Assembly (NCBI GenBank): GCA_951406725.2
Contig: OX597821.1
Location: 103,788,001 to 103,852,000, forward strand
DNA length: 64,000 nt
Reading direction: 5' to 3'
Source of the DNA: Octopus vulgaris
Lineage: Eukaryota
This document shows, in pieces, positions 12,251 to 26,340 of this stretch (positions are counted from its first letter, which is position 1; the number at the start of each line of letters is the position of its first letter). The position numbers were made by a program, and so were the translations under genes. The notes beneath the pieces are model-generated. The model had not been told where the DNA came from, made no database searches, and saw only the letters and a program-made list of their open reading frames with translations.

Positions 12251-13049
12251 GAATATATATGTATACATATGTATATGTATGCGCACAAACCCACACATAC
12301 ATACATACAGGCATGATAGACTTTTTCTTTCAGTTTCCGTATAGGAAATTAACTCACAAGGCTTTGATTAGCCTGAAGCTAGAATAGCGGACACTTGCCC
12401 AGGGTGTTACACTGGAACTGAAGCCAAAACTCCGTAGTTGAGATGCAAGTTTATTTCCAATCATCCAGTGGAGCTATAAGAAAATCGAGTAGGAAACCTT
12501 TTGGCATTTGTTCTAGCTCCTTGCATTCTGCAGACATAATCTATTACCCATTTTAATATAATCATCTGGCACTTTAGGTACCTTTAAAATACCCAACATA
12601 GGTGCAAGCTAAGCCTTTGGTTTGAAAATAACTTCCTCTCTCTCTTACCTGTCTTGGAGGTAAGGGTTTTGTTTTCTTTCTTCACTAATGAATCAACATT
12701 CAATTCATGTCTTCCTCGGCCACGATCCCTTGATCCCTAGAATGAACTCTCCTAAAACATTTGGGGTTTTAAATAAATCATATATTTTTGTGATGCGCAT
12801 GGACGAGAAAAGCTGTGTAAATGAGCGCCAGTATCTAACAGTGGCGGGGGGGTCTTTACCCTTTATATATATCGTGTGTGTGTTTGTGTGTGTCATGGGT
12901 ATGACTTTAAACTACATCCGTTAGTGGGACCACGGTTTGGTAGTTCCAGGCTTTAGAGGAGCGTGGAATCCCTTCTAAACCATTATCTTTCCTAGGGCAA
13001 CACTGACCTGAATTAGCAGCAGCTGCCGGTGTCCCAATGTTGGGGTAAT

Positions 13050-13680
13050 TTATAATAACCACAGAAACTGAAGGACCCAGCAGGTTGTCATATCATCCTT
13101 CTAGAAGAGGGGTACAATGATATTAAATCTACTATTACACGTGATAATTGAATATTACTAATTACTGAGTCCCACAGAGTAATACTCAAGTTGTACAAGC
13201 TTTTATCACAATAATCCAGTGACGTACAGATGTCTTCTTATGGTGACCCCATTCATCATTCCGTGTAGTAAAAGTTCAATGGCAATGAAAGTTTCATGGT
13301 GACCTAAGTAGTTGGAAGCCCACACTTTACAAATCTGCATGTGGGCTACGGAAAACTTACCCTAAATCGTTGTTGTGAAATTTTTGTGACAGGAACCTAA
13401 TTCGGTGGAGATTCTTTTGGACGAGCAGTTCTTTTTAGGGAGAGCACTGCTAATCCAAATTCATTGAAAGCCAAGACACCAGAGACCGTGTATTTAACAT
13501 TGCTTGTCACATCAATCCACTGGCAAATAGAACTTTCGTCTTACATCTATATTGCAAACCATGTGGCTCTGCAGCAGGACTAAATAGTCATCTAAGAGGT
13601 CATGGTCGGATATTCAGAAATTACATTTGCAACGAGGTAGCAGAAAGAGACGACAATCATCTGTGAAGATGGAACATTAC
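13050..13680 (+). mobile_element. Decayed RTE-like LINE 3' fragment
   Basis: Around 13530-13610 translates RTFVLHLYCKPCGSAAGLNSHLRGHGR, resembling the C-terminal zinc finger of RTE ORFs; boundaries approximate. Confidence 0.5.
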
Positions 13681-13835
13681 TTACACACACATACACACAC
13701 ACAGCTCAGAGTGTGCGTATAAGTGAATGTTTCAGTTTTTTAATTACAAAAATGCGAAAAATATACTCGATAGAGTAGTAAAGTGGAAATATTTGCCTTA
13801 CTCATTAGATTACTTGTTATTCTTTTCTACACTAG

Positions 13836-14217
13836 GGCCCGAAATTTTTGGGGAGGGGGATAGTCGATTAGATCTACCTCAGTACGGAACTGGTGCTTAA
13901 TTTATCAACCCCGAAAGGATAAAAGGCAAAGTCGACCTCGGCGGAATTTGAACTCAGAACGTAACGGCAGACGAAATACCTATTTCATTACTGCCCACAA
14001 GGGGATACACACAGAGGGGACAAACAAACAACGATAGACAAAGGGATTATGTCGATTACATCGACCCTAGTGCTTAACTGGTACTTAATTTATCGACCCC
14101 TAAAGGATGAAAGGCAAAGTCGACCTCGGCGGAATTTGAACTCAGAACGTAACGGCAGACGAAATGCCGATAAGCATTCCGCTCGGCGTGCTAACGTTTC
14201 TGCCAGCTCACCGCCTT
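13836..14217 (-). mobile_element. SINE family D (Nin-domain-like), partial tandem
   Basis: Head GGCGGTGAGCTGGCAGAAACGTTAGC; B box GAGTTCAAATTCC; core TTTGCCTTTCATCCTTT..GGGTCGATAAATTAAGTACC present twice. Confidence 0.85.
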
Positions 14218-14279
14218 TGGCTGCTTATTTATTGTTAACGCTACCATCAAGTTTAGTTGTTACTATTACACTAATATGC

Positions 14280-14575
14280 AAGCCGTGGTAGGGGACAAGA
14301 AGAGAAACAATCACGCACACAGACACACACATACATACACGCACGCATACAAACACACAACACACATGCACACACACACACATACAACACACACACATGC
14401 ACACACACACATGCACATAAACACATGCACACACACATATAAACACACGACGGGCTTCTTTCGGTTTCCGTCTACCAAATCCACTCACAAAGCTTTGGAC
14501 TACCATGGTAGAAGACACCTGCCCAAGTTTCCACACAGTGGGACTGAACCCGAAGCCATGTTTTTGGGAACCAAG
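14280..14575 (-). mobile_element. SINE family A, partial
   Basis: ACGGGCTTCTTTCGGTTTCCGTCTACCAAATCCACTCACAA core. Confidence 0.8.
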
Positions 14576-15242
14576 ATGCCCACTAACAAGACATAAATCT
14601 ATAGGAACCTTGCTGGAGCTTTCCATGGAGCCGGATGGAAACTGGAAGCAACACTTCTTTAACACATTGGTAGGTATGAACGCTTCTATTCGTAAAGACG
14701 TTCTCTATCTTTTGACATTCGGCGTATTTGTTAGAGATGTAATCATTTCTACCTCTTGAAATTTATTACGATCGATTGGTATATGAGCGACTCTCTAATC
14801 GTTCTTTTTATCGGGTGTCTTTAACAGGGAAATAGCTGTGCATGTTTTATTATATAATAACTTTTATCTAAACAGCTCAGCCAACATATGTATATGTGTG
14901 TGACTGTATATACATGTAAGGTAGGCGAACTGACACACAAACACACACACAAACAAATACGCACACAAAAAAATATGTGCCACATTATATGTGTTTATGT
15001 AAGGATATTTATATATATATATATATATATATATGAATAAATACAGGGGAGTATATAAATATGTATATATGCATATATATAGATGTATATATATATATAC
15101 ATACACACACGCACACATGTATATATATGCATATGCATAATTAGATAAATGTCAATATTTATATATTCATACATACTCTCTTTTACTAACGAACACAAGT
15201 ATATACATAGATTTGTATATATTATATAAGTGTGTGTAGTAT

Positions 15243-15589
<347 letters not shown>

Positions 15590-16192
15590 CATGTAAATAT
15601 ATACACACGCACGCAGACATGTATGTGTTAATATATATATAAACATTCATACATACATTCAAACATACACATAGTGTTTAAACTCTGCAAATTTGTTTAT
15701 CCAATTCCATTTTTTTCTTTTGTAGTTGTTTTTCGTTATTTGAGCTATTTACTTAAAAGCGTTTAAGGAAATGAAATATATTTTTTTTCATTAATGTAAC
15801 AATGATGTTGTAGAGACCATCTCCTGTCTGAGAGGTATGTTTGGTGTGAGAGAGTAGGTGATGAATGCTCATAAACATACGCACACAAATCAAAACCACA
15901 CGAAGCTAAGCATACAGACGCAAAAAAATAATATTTACACACAAATAAAAACCTACTCATATAGGTATATATACAAATACATATACATACAAACATACAT
16001 ACTTACATGAATGTATGTATGTTGATGTGTGTATATGATTGTGTCTGTGTTATACATTATTATAAATCTGTTTGCAAAATGAATGGGTATTAGTTTGTCT
16101 GGCTGTCTGCAATAACCTATATCAAGTTATGTTTCAACATCTAATATATATGTTTATAACTATGCAAAAACGTATGTTGGCCTTTGCACGTG

Positions 16193-16305
<113 letters not shown>

Positions 16306-16607
16306 GTATATATATATCAGTAACAATAAAGGGTGAAATTAATTAATTTGGAATAATTATCAATTACACCAAGTAGATTTCGGCATGTAAAAGCCTCATA
16401 TGTATATATATATATATATGTATATATAAATAATAATAAATATTAGGGAATGAATCCAAAATTACAGGGAAAAATCAGATTTAGGGTTAAATCCAATTTT
16501 ATAGTAAAATATTATATAATATAATTCGAGACAAAACCACTATTTTAAAACCAAACAAGGAAAGACTTAATCAATACATAAAATTTTAATATAAATTAAA
16601 TAAACCG

Positions 16608-16651
16608 CCACTACAAATGTTTCATGTCTGCTACCGACAATCTTCAGGTGG
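16608..16651 (-). ncRNA. Type I hammerhead ribozyme (predicted), within element 16435-16697
   Basis: Minus strand: CCAC-CTGAAGA-tTGTC ggtagca GACAt-GAAA-C attt G-TA-GTGG; identical to the copies at 18289-18332 and 18388-18431. Confidence 0.8.
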
Positions 16652-16810
16652 ATTTTCGATCTTCTAATCAGTATCAAATTTTGATACTGATTAGAAGCGT
16701 GGTTTCAAATATACAGGAATATATGTGATGGTCAATTTCGACGAATGTAGCTGTGACGCTTGTTGCTGACCGGCGCAGAGAGGAGTAAAAACACGTCTTT
16801 ATACTTCAGC

Positions 16811-16860
<50 letters not shown>

Positions 16861-16882
16861 ATATATATGTATATATATATAC

Positions 16883-17686
16883 ATAATAATGAAGGGTGAA
16901 TTTAATTAATTTGGAATAATTATCAATTACACCAAGTAGTCTTCGGCATGTAAAAGCCTCATTCGAGGAAAATTTAAGTAATACTAAGCAATAAAGGGTT
17001 TAGCAACGAATTGCCTTACCACAGACCGAATTTAGAAATAGCAGTCAAAGAGTTATAGCTATTTCTTCTACTAAAAAGGGAGATCTCAGTAAAAACACAG
17101 CAATTGGAAGGCAGACACAAACAGGTAAGAGAGAATGAATTGACGGCAATCTATCATACAATTTTAAGTTATCTACGGACGCACGTTTCGAAATCAAGTT
17201 TTTAGGAAAGCATAAGAATTAAATATTAAATAATTCTACCTTACCCAAACTTCTTTTCTCTTCAGCGTAGAATACTATAATCATAAATGATTATATATTG
17301 AATTTTGAGATACTAGTAGGCACCAACTCAACTCAGTATCAGAGCGAGCTAGAATCCGCAACTAGTATCACCAAATTCAAAGTGTGAATGAAAAGATTGT
17401 GTCACCAGCCCCTTCCCACCCGCGTGTAGCCAAAACAAGATGCTGTGGTCATCTACTGAGATAAAATATGGTTATCCGTAATAATGAAGGGTGAAATTAA
17501 TTAATTTGGAATTGCCATCAATTCATTCTCTCTTACCTGTTTGTGTCTGCCTTCCAATTGCTGTGTTTTTACTGAGATCTCCCTTTTTAGTAGAAGAAAT
17601 AGCTATAACTCTTTGACTGCTATTTCTAAATTCGGTCTGTGGTAAGGCAATTCGTTGCTAAACCCTTTATTGCTTAGTATTACTTA
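16883..17686 (-). mobile_element. Hammerhead element: ~597-bp monomer, start of a second tandem unit, then inverted segment, in (TA)n
   Basis: ATAATGAAGGGTGAA.TTAATTAATTTGGAA at about 16886 and again at 17481; 17511-17686 is the reverse complement of about 16975-17150; another terminal fragment at 16325-16399. Confidence 0.8.
17172..17271 (-). ncRNA. Type I hammerhead ribozyme (predicted) with extended stem II
   Basis: Minus strand: TCTACG-CTGAAGA-GAAA...TTTC-GAAA-C gtgc G-TC-CGTAGA; 6-bp stem I, canonical GUC triplet. Confidence 0.85.
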
Positions 17687-17911
17687 TATATATATACATA
17701 TATATACATATATATATATATACATATATATATATACATATATATATATATACATATATGTAAATACATATATATATATATATATATATCTCCTTCCCTT
17801 CTTTCCTGAGCGTCAATAATACTTTAATTGTTCCACGTCCTGCGTTGGTGTGTTTTTTTTTCTTTTTGTTTTCTTTTTTTCTCTTTTTTTTGTGTGTTTT
17901 CTTGTTTGGAT

Positions 17912-18191
<280 letters not shown>

Positions 18192-18195
18192 CATA

Positions 18196-18522
18196 TATAA
18201 TATAATTCGAGACAAAACCACTATTTTAAAACCAAACAAGGAAAGACTTAATCAATACATAAAATTTTAATATAAATCAAATAAACCGCCACTACAAATG
18301 TTTCATGTCTGCTACCGACAATCTTCAGGTGGATTTTCGATCTTCTAATCAGTATCAAAATTTGATACTGATTAGAAGATCGAAAATCCACCTGAAGATT
18401 GTCGGTAGCAGACATGAAACATTTGTAGTGGCGGTTTATTTGATTTATATTAAAATTTTATGTATTGATTAAGTCTTTCCTTGTTTGGTTTTAAAATAGT
18501 GGTTTTGTCTCGAATTATATTA
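18196..18522. mobile_element. Essentially perfect palindrome (centre 18360) carrying two opposed hammerheads, in (TA)n
   Basis: Arms of about 160 bp with almost no loop; hammerheads at 18289-18332 (-) and 18388-18431 (+). Confidence 0.9.
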
Positions 18523-18553
18523 TATATGTATATATATATATATATATATATGT

Positions 18554-18596
<43 letters not shown>

Positions 18597-18625
18597 ATAT
18601 ATATATATATATATATGTATATAGG

Positions 18626-18833
<208 letters not shown>

Positions 18834-18982
18834 ATCCAAACAAGAAAACACAAAAAAAAAGAAAAAAAAAAAAAAAAAAAAAGAAAAAAACACAGCAACG
18901 CAGGACGTGGAACAATTAAAGTATTATTGACGCTCAGGAAAGAAGGGAAGGAGATATATATATATGTATATATATATATATG

Positions 18983-19133
<151 letters not shown>

Positions 19134-19144
19134 TATATATATAT

Positions 19145-19230
<86 letters not shown>

Positions 19231-19636
19231 GCTGAAGTATAAAGACGTGTTTTTACTCCTCTCTGCGCCGGTCAGCAACAAGCGTCACAGCTACATTCGT
19301 CGAAATTGACCATCACATATATTCCTGTATATTTGAAACCACGCTTTTTCCCAACTCGTGAGTAGACTTTTCCTTAACCACAAACTATTTTCATAATTTT
19401 CAAACGACCAAATATTTTCAAACACCTTCTGATAACTAAATTAGAAGAAGAGGGAAAAAAAGAAAAGAAAAGAAAGATAAAATAACTACAAGCTCATAAT
19501 TCAAATACAAACTTCTCAGTATTACAGCAAACATTCTGTACAATCAATTCTACATACTTCTCCTTAAAAAAAATAATTAAAAGTAATCAACAAAACAAAC
19601 GAACAAAATAAAATTTAATAAAACATATCAACCAGA

Positions 19637-20145
19637 ATGGCTAGCCACCAAAAATCCAACAAAAACTGGTCTGATAATGAAGTCGACGTTCTTATCAACA
19701 CATGGCATGGCCTTACCGAAACAGAGAGCATTGGTGCTTCGTCTTCAAACTATCATCTACACCTTTCACAACTCACACACACACACGCACCTACACACCC
19801 ACTCGAAACCCCATCATTTGCCGATATTCTCTTCGCCATAGACTGTGCACTGATAGAGACTGCAAATTCACCCATTTACCTGGAACAAAACGCTCTATCC
19901 CCACAAACTACAACAGCAACCACCATAATACAACACCACCACAACCACCAATATCTCAAACAAGGAATCCCCAAATCTGCCGCTATTCCCAGCGAGACAG
20001 ATTGTGTTTGCACAGGGATTGCCCCTTTACCCATCTCCCGGGACTCGTCGGACATTTAAAGATAACCACTCATATAAAAATAACCACAACCACAGTCACC
20101 TACAGTTCCCTAGACAGGAAACCACCTCTTCTTCCTCTTTTTTAG
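19637..20145 (+). pseudogene. LINE ORF1 (one frameshift) with two C-x8-C-x4-C-x3-H zinc fingers
   Basis: ORFs 19637 and 19702 join by a frameshift; CRYSLRHRLCTDRDCKFTH and CRYSQRDRLCLHRDCPFTH. Confidence 0.75.
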
Positions 20146-20227
20146 CTATAACGAATCTAGCAAAAGAACTGGAAAAAAACATCCGAGCTATCACCCACCA
20201 CCATCCACCACTATTACCCCACTGCAC

Positions 20228-23224
20228 ATGCCATTAAAAAGCAATCAAATAAACAAATCACCAAAACAATTAAAACCATCCACTCTCGCCTCAACATTTC
20301 TGCTTAATGCCCAAGGTATCAGCCCTTCCACCAATACACAAAAATGGAAGATAAGATTCCTGGAGGACTGGGTCGAGGCCCATCCAAACCACATCCCTTT
20401 CTTCGTCCTCACTGAAACTTGGAAGCCGAGGTGAAAGTTAAAAATTTCAAAACCATTCGTGCTGATCGTGCTGGCAGAAGAAAGGGTGGGACTGCCATTT
20501 ATGTCCATGATTCATTCTCAACAGAAGCCATGAACATATTTTCCAATGGGTACTGCGAAGCAGTCGCTGTATTCAGTCAAACCAACAACTTAACAGTAGT
20601 TGGGCTCTACAGACCACCCCAAACGCCCCTACCATGCTTCAAGGAATGCCTCAACAGCATAAAGTGTTTCATTCAGCAGTGTCAACCTGACAACATTTTA
20701 ATGATGGGAGACTTCAACCTTCCCGGGGTTGACTGGTCTACAAACAGTCTGCCGCCAGGTTCTTCTCTCAACCCTTGACAGGGAGGCAGTGGAATCGCTT
20801 CTTGACTTCATGGATGATTTCTTCCTGTCCCAACTGGTACTCGAACCAACGAGATGTCATAAAAACGTCTTAGACTTAATTTTCAGCAATCACACTGATA
20901 CTATCCACAATATTACAGTGGAGAAAACCCTACTCTCCGACCATGACATGGTTCTCTGTGATCTGAGATTTCACTGGCCAAAATGCAAAACAAATGTCAT
21001 CCCTCCTGTTCATCCATTTGACACTATGGATTTCCACAATGCAAACTGGGAAGCGATCAATAATTATCTTGCACAAGTCGATTGGTCCTTCACGCACACA
21101 TACACACCCACTAACATCAAAAAGTCCTGGCAGTCACTTGTAGACACCATCACGAACATATGTGCAAGACACACCCCATTATGATCTGCAAACAAATCTA
21201 AGTGTCGAATCCCTAGAAATAGAAAATCTCTCATAAGGAAAATTAAAAGAATTAACAAAAAGATCAACATGCTGAAATACTGTCAACAGCAACACACCAA
21301 CCTGACTGCCATCTCGTCGCTAGAGATTAAAAAACATAAACTCCAAAACAACATGATGTCTATCATCAATAGTCAGCGAAGAGCTGAAGAGGCCTGGGCC
21401 ATTGAGAAGATCAAACTCAATCCCAAAGTGTTCTTTTCATTTGCAAAAAAACACAGAGTCACTGGTTCTACTGTTGGCCCTCTGATTGATGAAAATGGTA
21501 CTCTTCAAGACAATGCCAAAACCATGGGAGAGATATTGCAGAAACAATATTGCTCTGTTTTCAGCAATCCTGATATGACTGATCTGGGCTGTATCAGTGA
21601 TGTTACTCCCCAATGCACTTTATCGGACATAACATTTGGCGCTCCTGATGTCTTAGCAGCAATAAAGGAAATGAAGCATAATTCAGCAGTAGGTCCCGAT
21701 AGGTTCCCTGCTTGTGTCTTGAAGATGTGTCAAAACCAACTTGCACCCCCTCTAGCCAATCTGTGGCGGAACTCACTGGATGCTGGATATATACCAGAAG
21801 ACCTTCTATCCCAGTCTGTTGTCCCAGTTTTCAAAAAAGGAAACAAATCGCTTGCCGTGAATTACCGTCCAATCTCACTCACCTCTCATATCATCAAGGT
21901 ATTTGAGAGAGTGCTGAGATCGCGTATGACTCACTTCCTTGAGAGTCATAATATGCTGAACCCCAACCAGCATGGATTCCGTAATGGGAGAGATTGCCTG
22001 ACGCAGCTACTGCATCATTTTGATGACATTTTGAGAGCCTTGGAAGAAGGTTCCAACACTGATGTCGTCTACCTTGATTTCAGCAAGGCCTTTGACAGGG
22101 TTGATCATAAGATCCTTCTGAGAAAGCTGTCCAATATTGGTGTCACTGGAAAGCTGCTGCAGTGGATCAAGTGCTTCCTGTCTAAGAGAACCCAACATGT
22201 TGTAGTCGAAGGAGTCAAATCCAGCCCAGCCAAAGTCAGCAGTGGTGTCCCACAAGGCACTGTGTTGGGCCCACTTCTCTTCATCATCTACATAAATGAT
22301 ATTACTGACCCCATCAAACACAGTAACATCAGAACCTTCGCTGATGATTCCAAGCTCCAGGAGGTCATCAATGGCGTGGAAGACCGAATAAACCTTCAGT
22401 CAGACCTACTGGCTGTTGTCCAATGAGCGGAAAAGAATAACATGTTGCTAAATGAAGACAAATTCGAACTGATCCACTTTGGAAGGGAGGACGCTCTGAA
22501 ACTCCCATACTCCCTTCCTTCTGGAGAAATTCTCATGGCATCCAACAACATCAGAGACTTGGGAGTAACAGTGGACAACAACATAAGCTGGGATACACAT
22601 ATAAGCAGCAAAGTTGACATGGCCCGCAGAATGTGTTCCTGGATTCTCAGAACCTTCCAGTCGAGAGATTCCCACGCTATTATCCTTCTCTTCTCCACTT
22701 TTGCCCGACCCCACCTTGAATACTGCTGTCCACTGTGGTCTCCCTACACAAAACAAAATATTATGAGAATTGAAGCTCCCCAAAGGTCAATCACAAAAAA
22801 GATAGATGGCATGTCAGACCTTGACTACTGGGGTAGACTAGAGAAGCTGAAATTGTATTCACTCCAACGACGCCGTGAACGCTACATTATCTGTATGACG
22901 TGGAAAATATTCCATCAGCACTGTCCGAATGATGTTGGCATTACCTTCAAAATACATCCAAGGCTTGGACCACGTGCCATCCGTCCACAACAAAAATCTA
23001 AATCGCATCACATAACGACAATACGGCACAACTATTTCACCTCAATTGGACCCGCTGTCTTCAACATTACACCAGGACACGTCAAAAATGAAACTGACCA
23101 CACAAAATTCAAGAAGTATTTGGACAAATTTCTTCAAACAGTACCGGACAAACCACCCACACCCGGATATGTCTCCGCAAACAATAACTCTCTGCTCGAA
23201 TGGGCCTTGGTGCCCAAATCCTGA
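20228..23224 (+). pseudogene. LINE ORF2 endonuclease/reverse transcriptase with frameshifts (~20430, ~20775) and in-frame stops (21182, 22424)
   Basis: Consecutive ORFs 20228, 20419, 20729, 21269 and 22442 carry collinear APE, RT and C-terminal motifs. Confidence 0.93.
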
Positions 23225-23309
23225 ACGGAAAGACTTCGCCAGGTGGTGCTATTAAGTTAGACATGGCCTGGGCCAATACTGGCCAAAACCTTTCTAAGTT
23301 ATTCTAAGT

Positions 23310-24120
<811 letters not shown>

Positions 24121-24507
24121 TATATATATATACATATACATATGCATATACATACATGCATATATGTATATATATATATATAAAATAATAAAAATATTAG
24201 GGAATAAATCCAAATTTACAGGGAAAAATCAGTATTGGCCCAGGCCATGTCTAACTTAATAGCACCACCTGGCGAAGTCTTTCAGTTCAGGATTTGGGCA
24301 CCAAGGCCCATTCGAGCAGAGAGTTATTGTTTGCGGAGACATATCCGGGTGTGAGTGGTTTGTCCGGTACAGTTTGAAGGAATTTTTTTATGTATTGATT
24401 AAGTCTTTCCTTGTTTGATTTACAAAATAGTGGTTTTGTCACTAATTAATATTATATGTATATATGTATATATATATAATATATATATTTCTATATTTAT
24501 ACATATA

Positions 24508-24550
<43 letters not shown>

Positions 24551-24689
24551 TAAATATATTAAACAATGCTTTTATATGATATATCTATTATATATTATGT
24601 AAATTTGTATGAGTGTGCGTGTTTATTATGTTTATATATATGTATATGTATATATATGTTTATATATGTATATATATGTATATATGTAT

Positions 24690-24743
<54 letters not shown>

Positions 24744-24759
24744 TATATGTAACCTTTGA

Positions 24760-25305
24760 AAGGAAAGGGAAATGGTCTTTAACGTTTCGGAGGCTAGTCC
24801 TTCATCAAAAATGTGAAATGTAAGAAAAATTTTAATAGAAGTGAGAAAGGAAACATATTCAGAGGCCAGGTGGATATGCTTGTATGTGGGGAGGAGTAAG
24901 GGCGGAATGAGTTAGCGGGAGTAGTGTGTCCGTGGATAAGAAGGTCGCTATGAAGGGCGATGGGTAAATAGGCTGGTGTGTAAGGTGTTGGCTGTTACTT
25001 TTGGTGTGGAAAATTGTTAGACTGTGCTTAGGGGTGTGGGACGGAAAGTGTATTTGGAAAAATACATATAGGGATCGGACGGAGGGTGGGTGGTGAGAAG
25101 GAAAATATGTGAAACAAGTGAGGAAACATCATACATGTTGAGAAAACAATGAAGTATACGCGAAAAAGGGACGAGGTCCAAGATTAGGAGAAAAGGTGAG
25201 GGTATATATTTGTGGAAATTGTATAAAGTTGAAGAGAGACTGTGTATAATATCCAAAGAAAAAGCAGTTAAACGTGAAAGAGCTTTTATAATAGAAAGGA
25301 TGTTT
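24760..25305 (-). mobile_element. Probable decayed Penelope-like fragment with minimal hammerhead-like terminus
   Basis: Minus strand tTGATGA-aGGA ctagcc TCC-GAAAC-GTT-AAAGAC at 24781-24807 near a TA-rich tract; same GAAACGTTAAAGAC tail as 44530. Confidence 0.45.
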
Positions 25306-25307
25306 CT

Positions 25308-25670
25308 TTGGCTGTGTTGTAAGAAGCATAGTTCCGGGCTCAGCCCGCTGCGCGATACCTTGGGCAAGTTCCTACAATAGCCTCGGGGGGACCAAAGACT
25401 TGCTTGTGGTTTTGCTTGACGGAAACTGAAAGAAGTCTCTCGTATATATATATATATATATATATAGCTATGAGCGTGTGTGTCTTTGTGGCTGTGTATG
25501 TCTCTCCCCACCATTTCACAACTTAACGGTTCAGTAAAAGGCACTTTTAAAGTAAGTACTAGACTTTAAAAAAAATAAGTTCTTGGTCTATACATCAGAC
25601 TACAGAACAAATCTTGTAGGCGCTGCCCCAGCATGGCTACAGTTAAACGATTGAATCAATTGAAAGATTA
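25308..25670 (+). mobile_element. SINE family A, diverged
   Basis: TGGCTGTGTTGTAAG head, CCTTGGGCAAGT core, CCCAGCATGGCTACAGT tail. Confidence 0.75.
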
Positions 25671-26097
25671 TATATAAGTGTATGTATGTGTGTACGTGTG
25701 AGTGTGTATGTGAAGGAGAGAGAGAATGAGAGAGAGAAGGAGGATGCAGTCTGTTGGTGTGTGTTCATCGTGTGTACGTGTGTATAAACAATCAGCTTCA
25801 GTACAGTTTCCATCAACAAAATTTGTCTTTGATGGAATTAATCAAACCGTGCTTCTAGAGGAGAATCCTTTTCCAACAAGAGGGCTGTTAGATTGTTTCT
25901 GGACCCGATACGACATAGTTGCAAAGCAAAGCGTCCGCCGCATCTGTGTTTGCCAATTTCTCTCCCTATTCTCTGTTTCTCCTTCTCTGTCTTTCACTCG
26001 TTTTTCCGTCTGCTTCTTAGTAATCGTGTGTATGTATATGTATACATATATACACATACGATCTCACTCACACTCACATATTCATATATCTCAACGT

Positions 26098-26340
26098 CCT
26101 TTATGAAGGTGATTCTTCAAATAATCATACGCCCGCAGCGCATTGATGACACTGCAACAAAAGTCTTTCCAATTAAGTGCGAATACTCCAGCTGCCTTGC
26201 TACGTTTTTCAACCATTGTGTTCTTTGCCTGCCTCGTGATCCGCTGCCATCTACTCTTCCTTCTATGATAATGGTTTCCAGAACTCTGCTTCTTTGAATA
26301 TGGCCAGAATAGATGAGTTTTTGGTTTTTCTTTAAGTTCA
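26098..26340 (-). mobile_element. RTE-clade LINE 3' fragment
   Basis: ORF 26117-26341: KLIYSGHIQR...IIEGRVDGSGSRGRQRTQW, the typical RTE/BovB C-terminus. Confidence 0.8.

Larger units (their letters stand above)
19221..23311 (+). mobile_element. Full-length CR1/L2-group LINE (APE + RT), disrupted, flanked by (TA)n
   Basis: 5' UTR, ORF1, ORF2 with EN motifs (LNAQGI, LTETW, YRPP, GDFN, LDLIF, SDH) and RT motifs (NYRPISLTS, QHGFR, LDFSKAFD, GVPQGTVLGP, FADD); 3' end is a short tandem (TTCTAAGTTA)2. Confidence 0.95.

Noticed and set aside
14604-14669. Possible exon (NLAGAFHGAGW or TLLELSMEPDGNWKQ)
   Set aside because: Weak acceptor and no frame with convincing homology.
19222-19312. HDV-like ribozyme at the LINE 5' end (CTCCTCTCTGCGCCGGTCAGCAACA resembles HDV)
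   Set aside because: No upstream strand pairs with GCCGGTC to form P1, so the double pseudoknot could not be built by eye.
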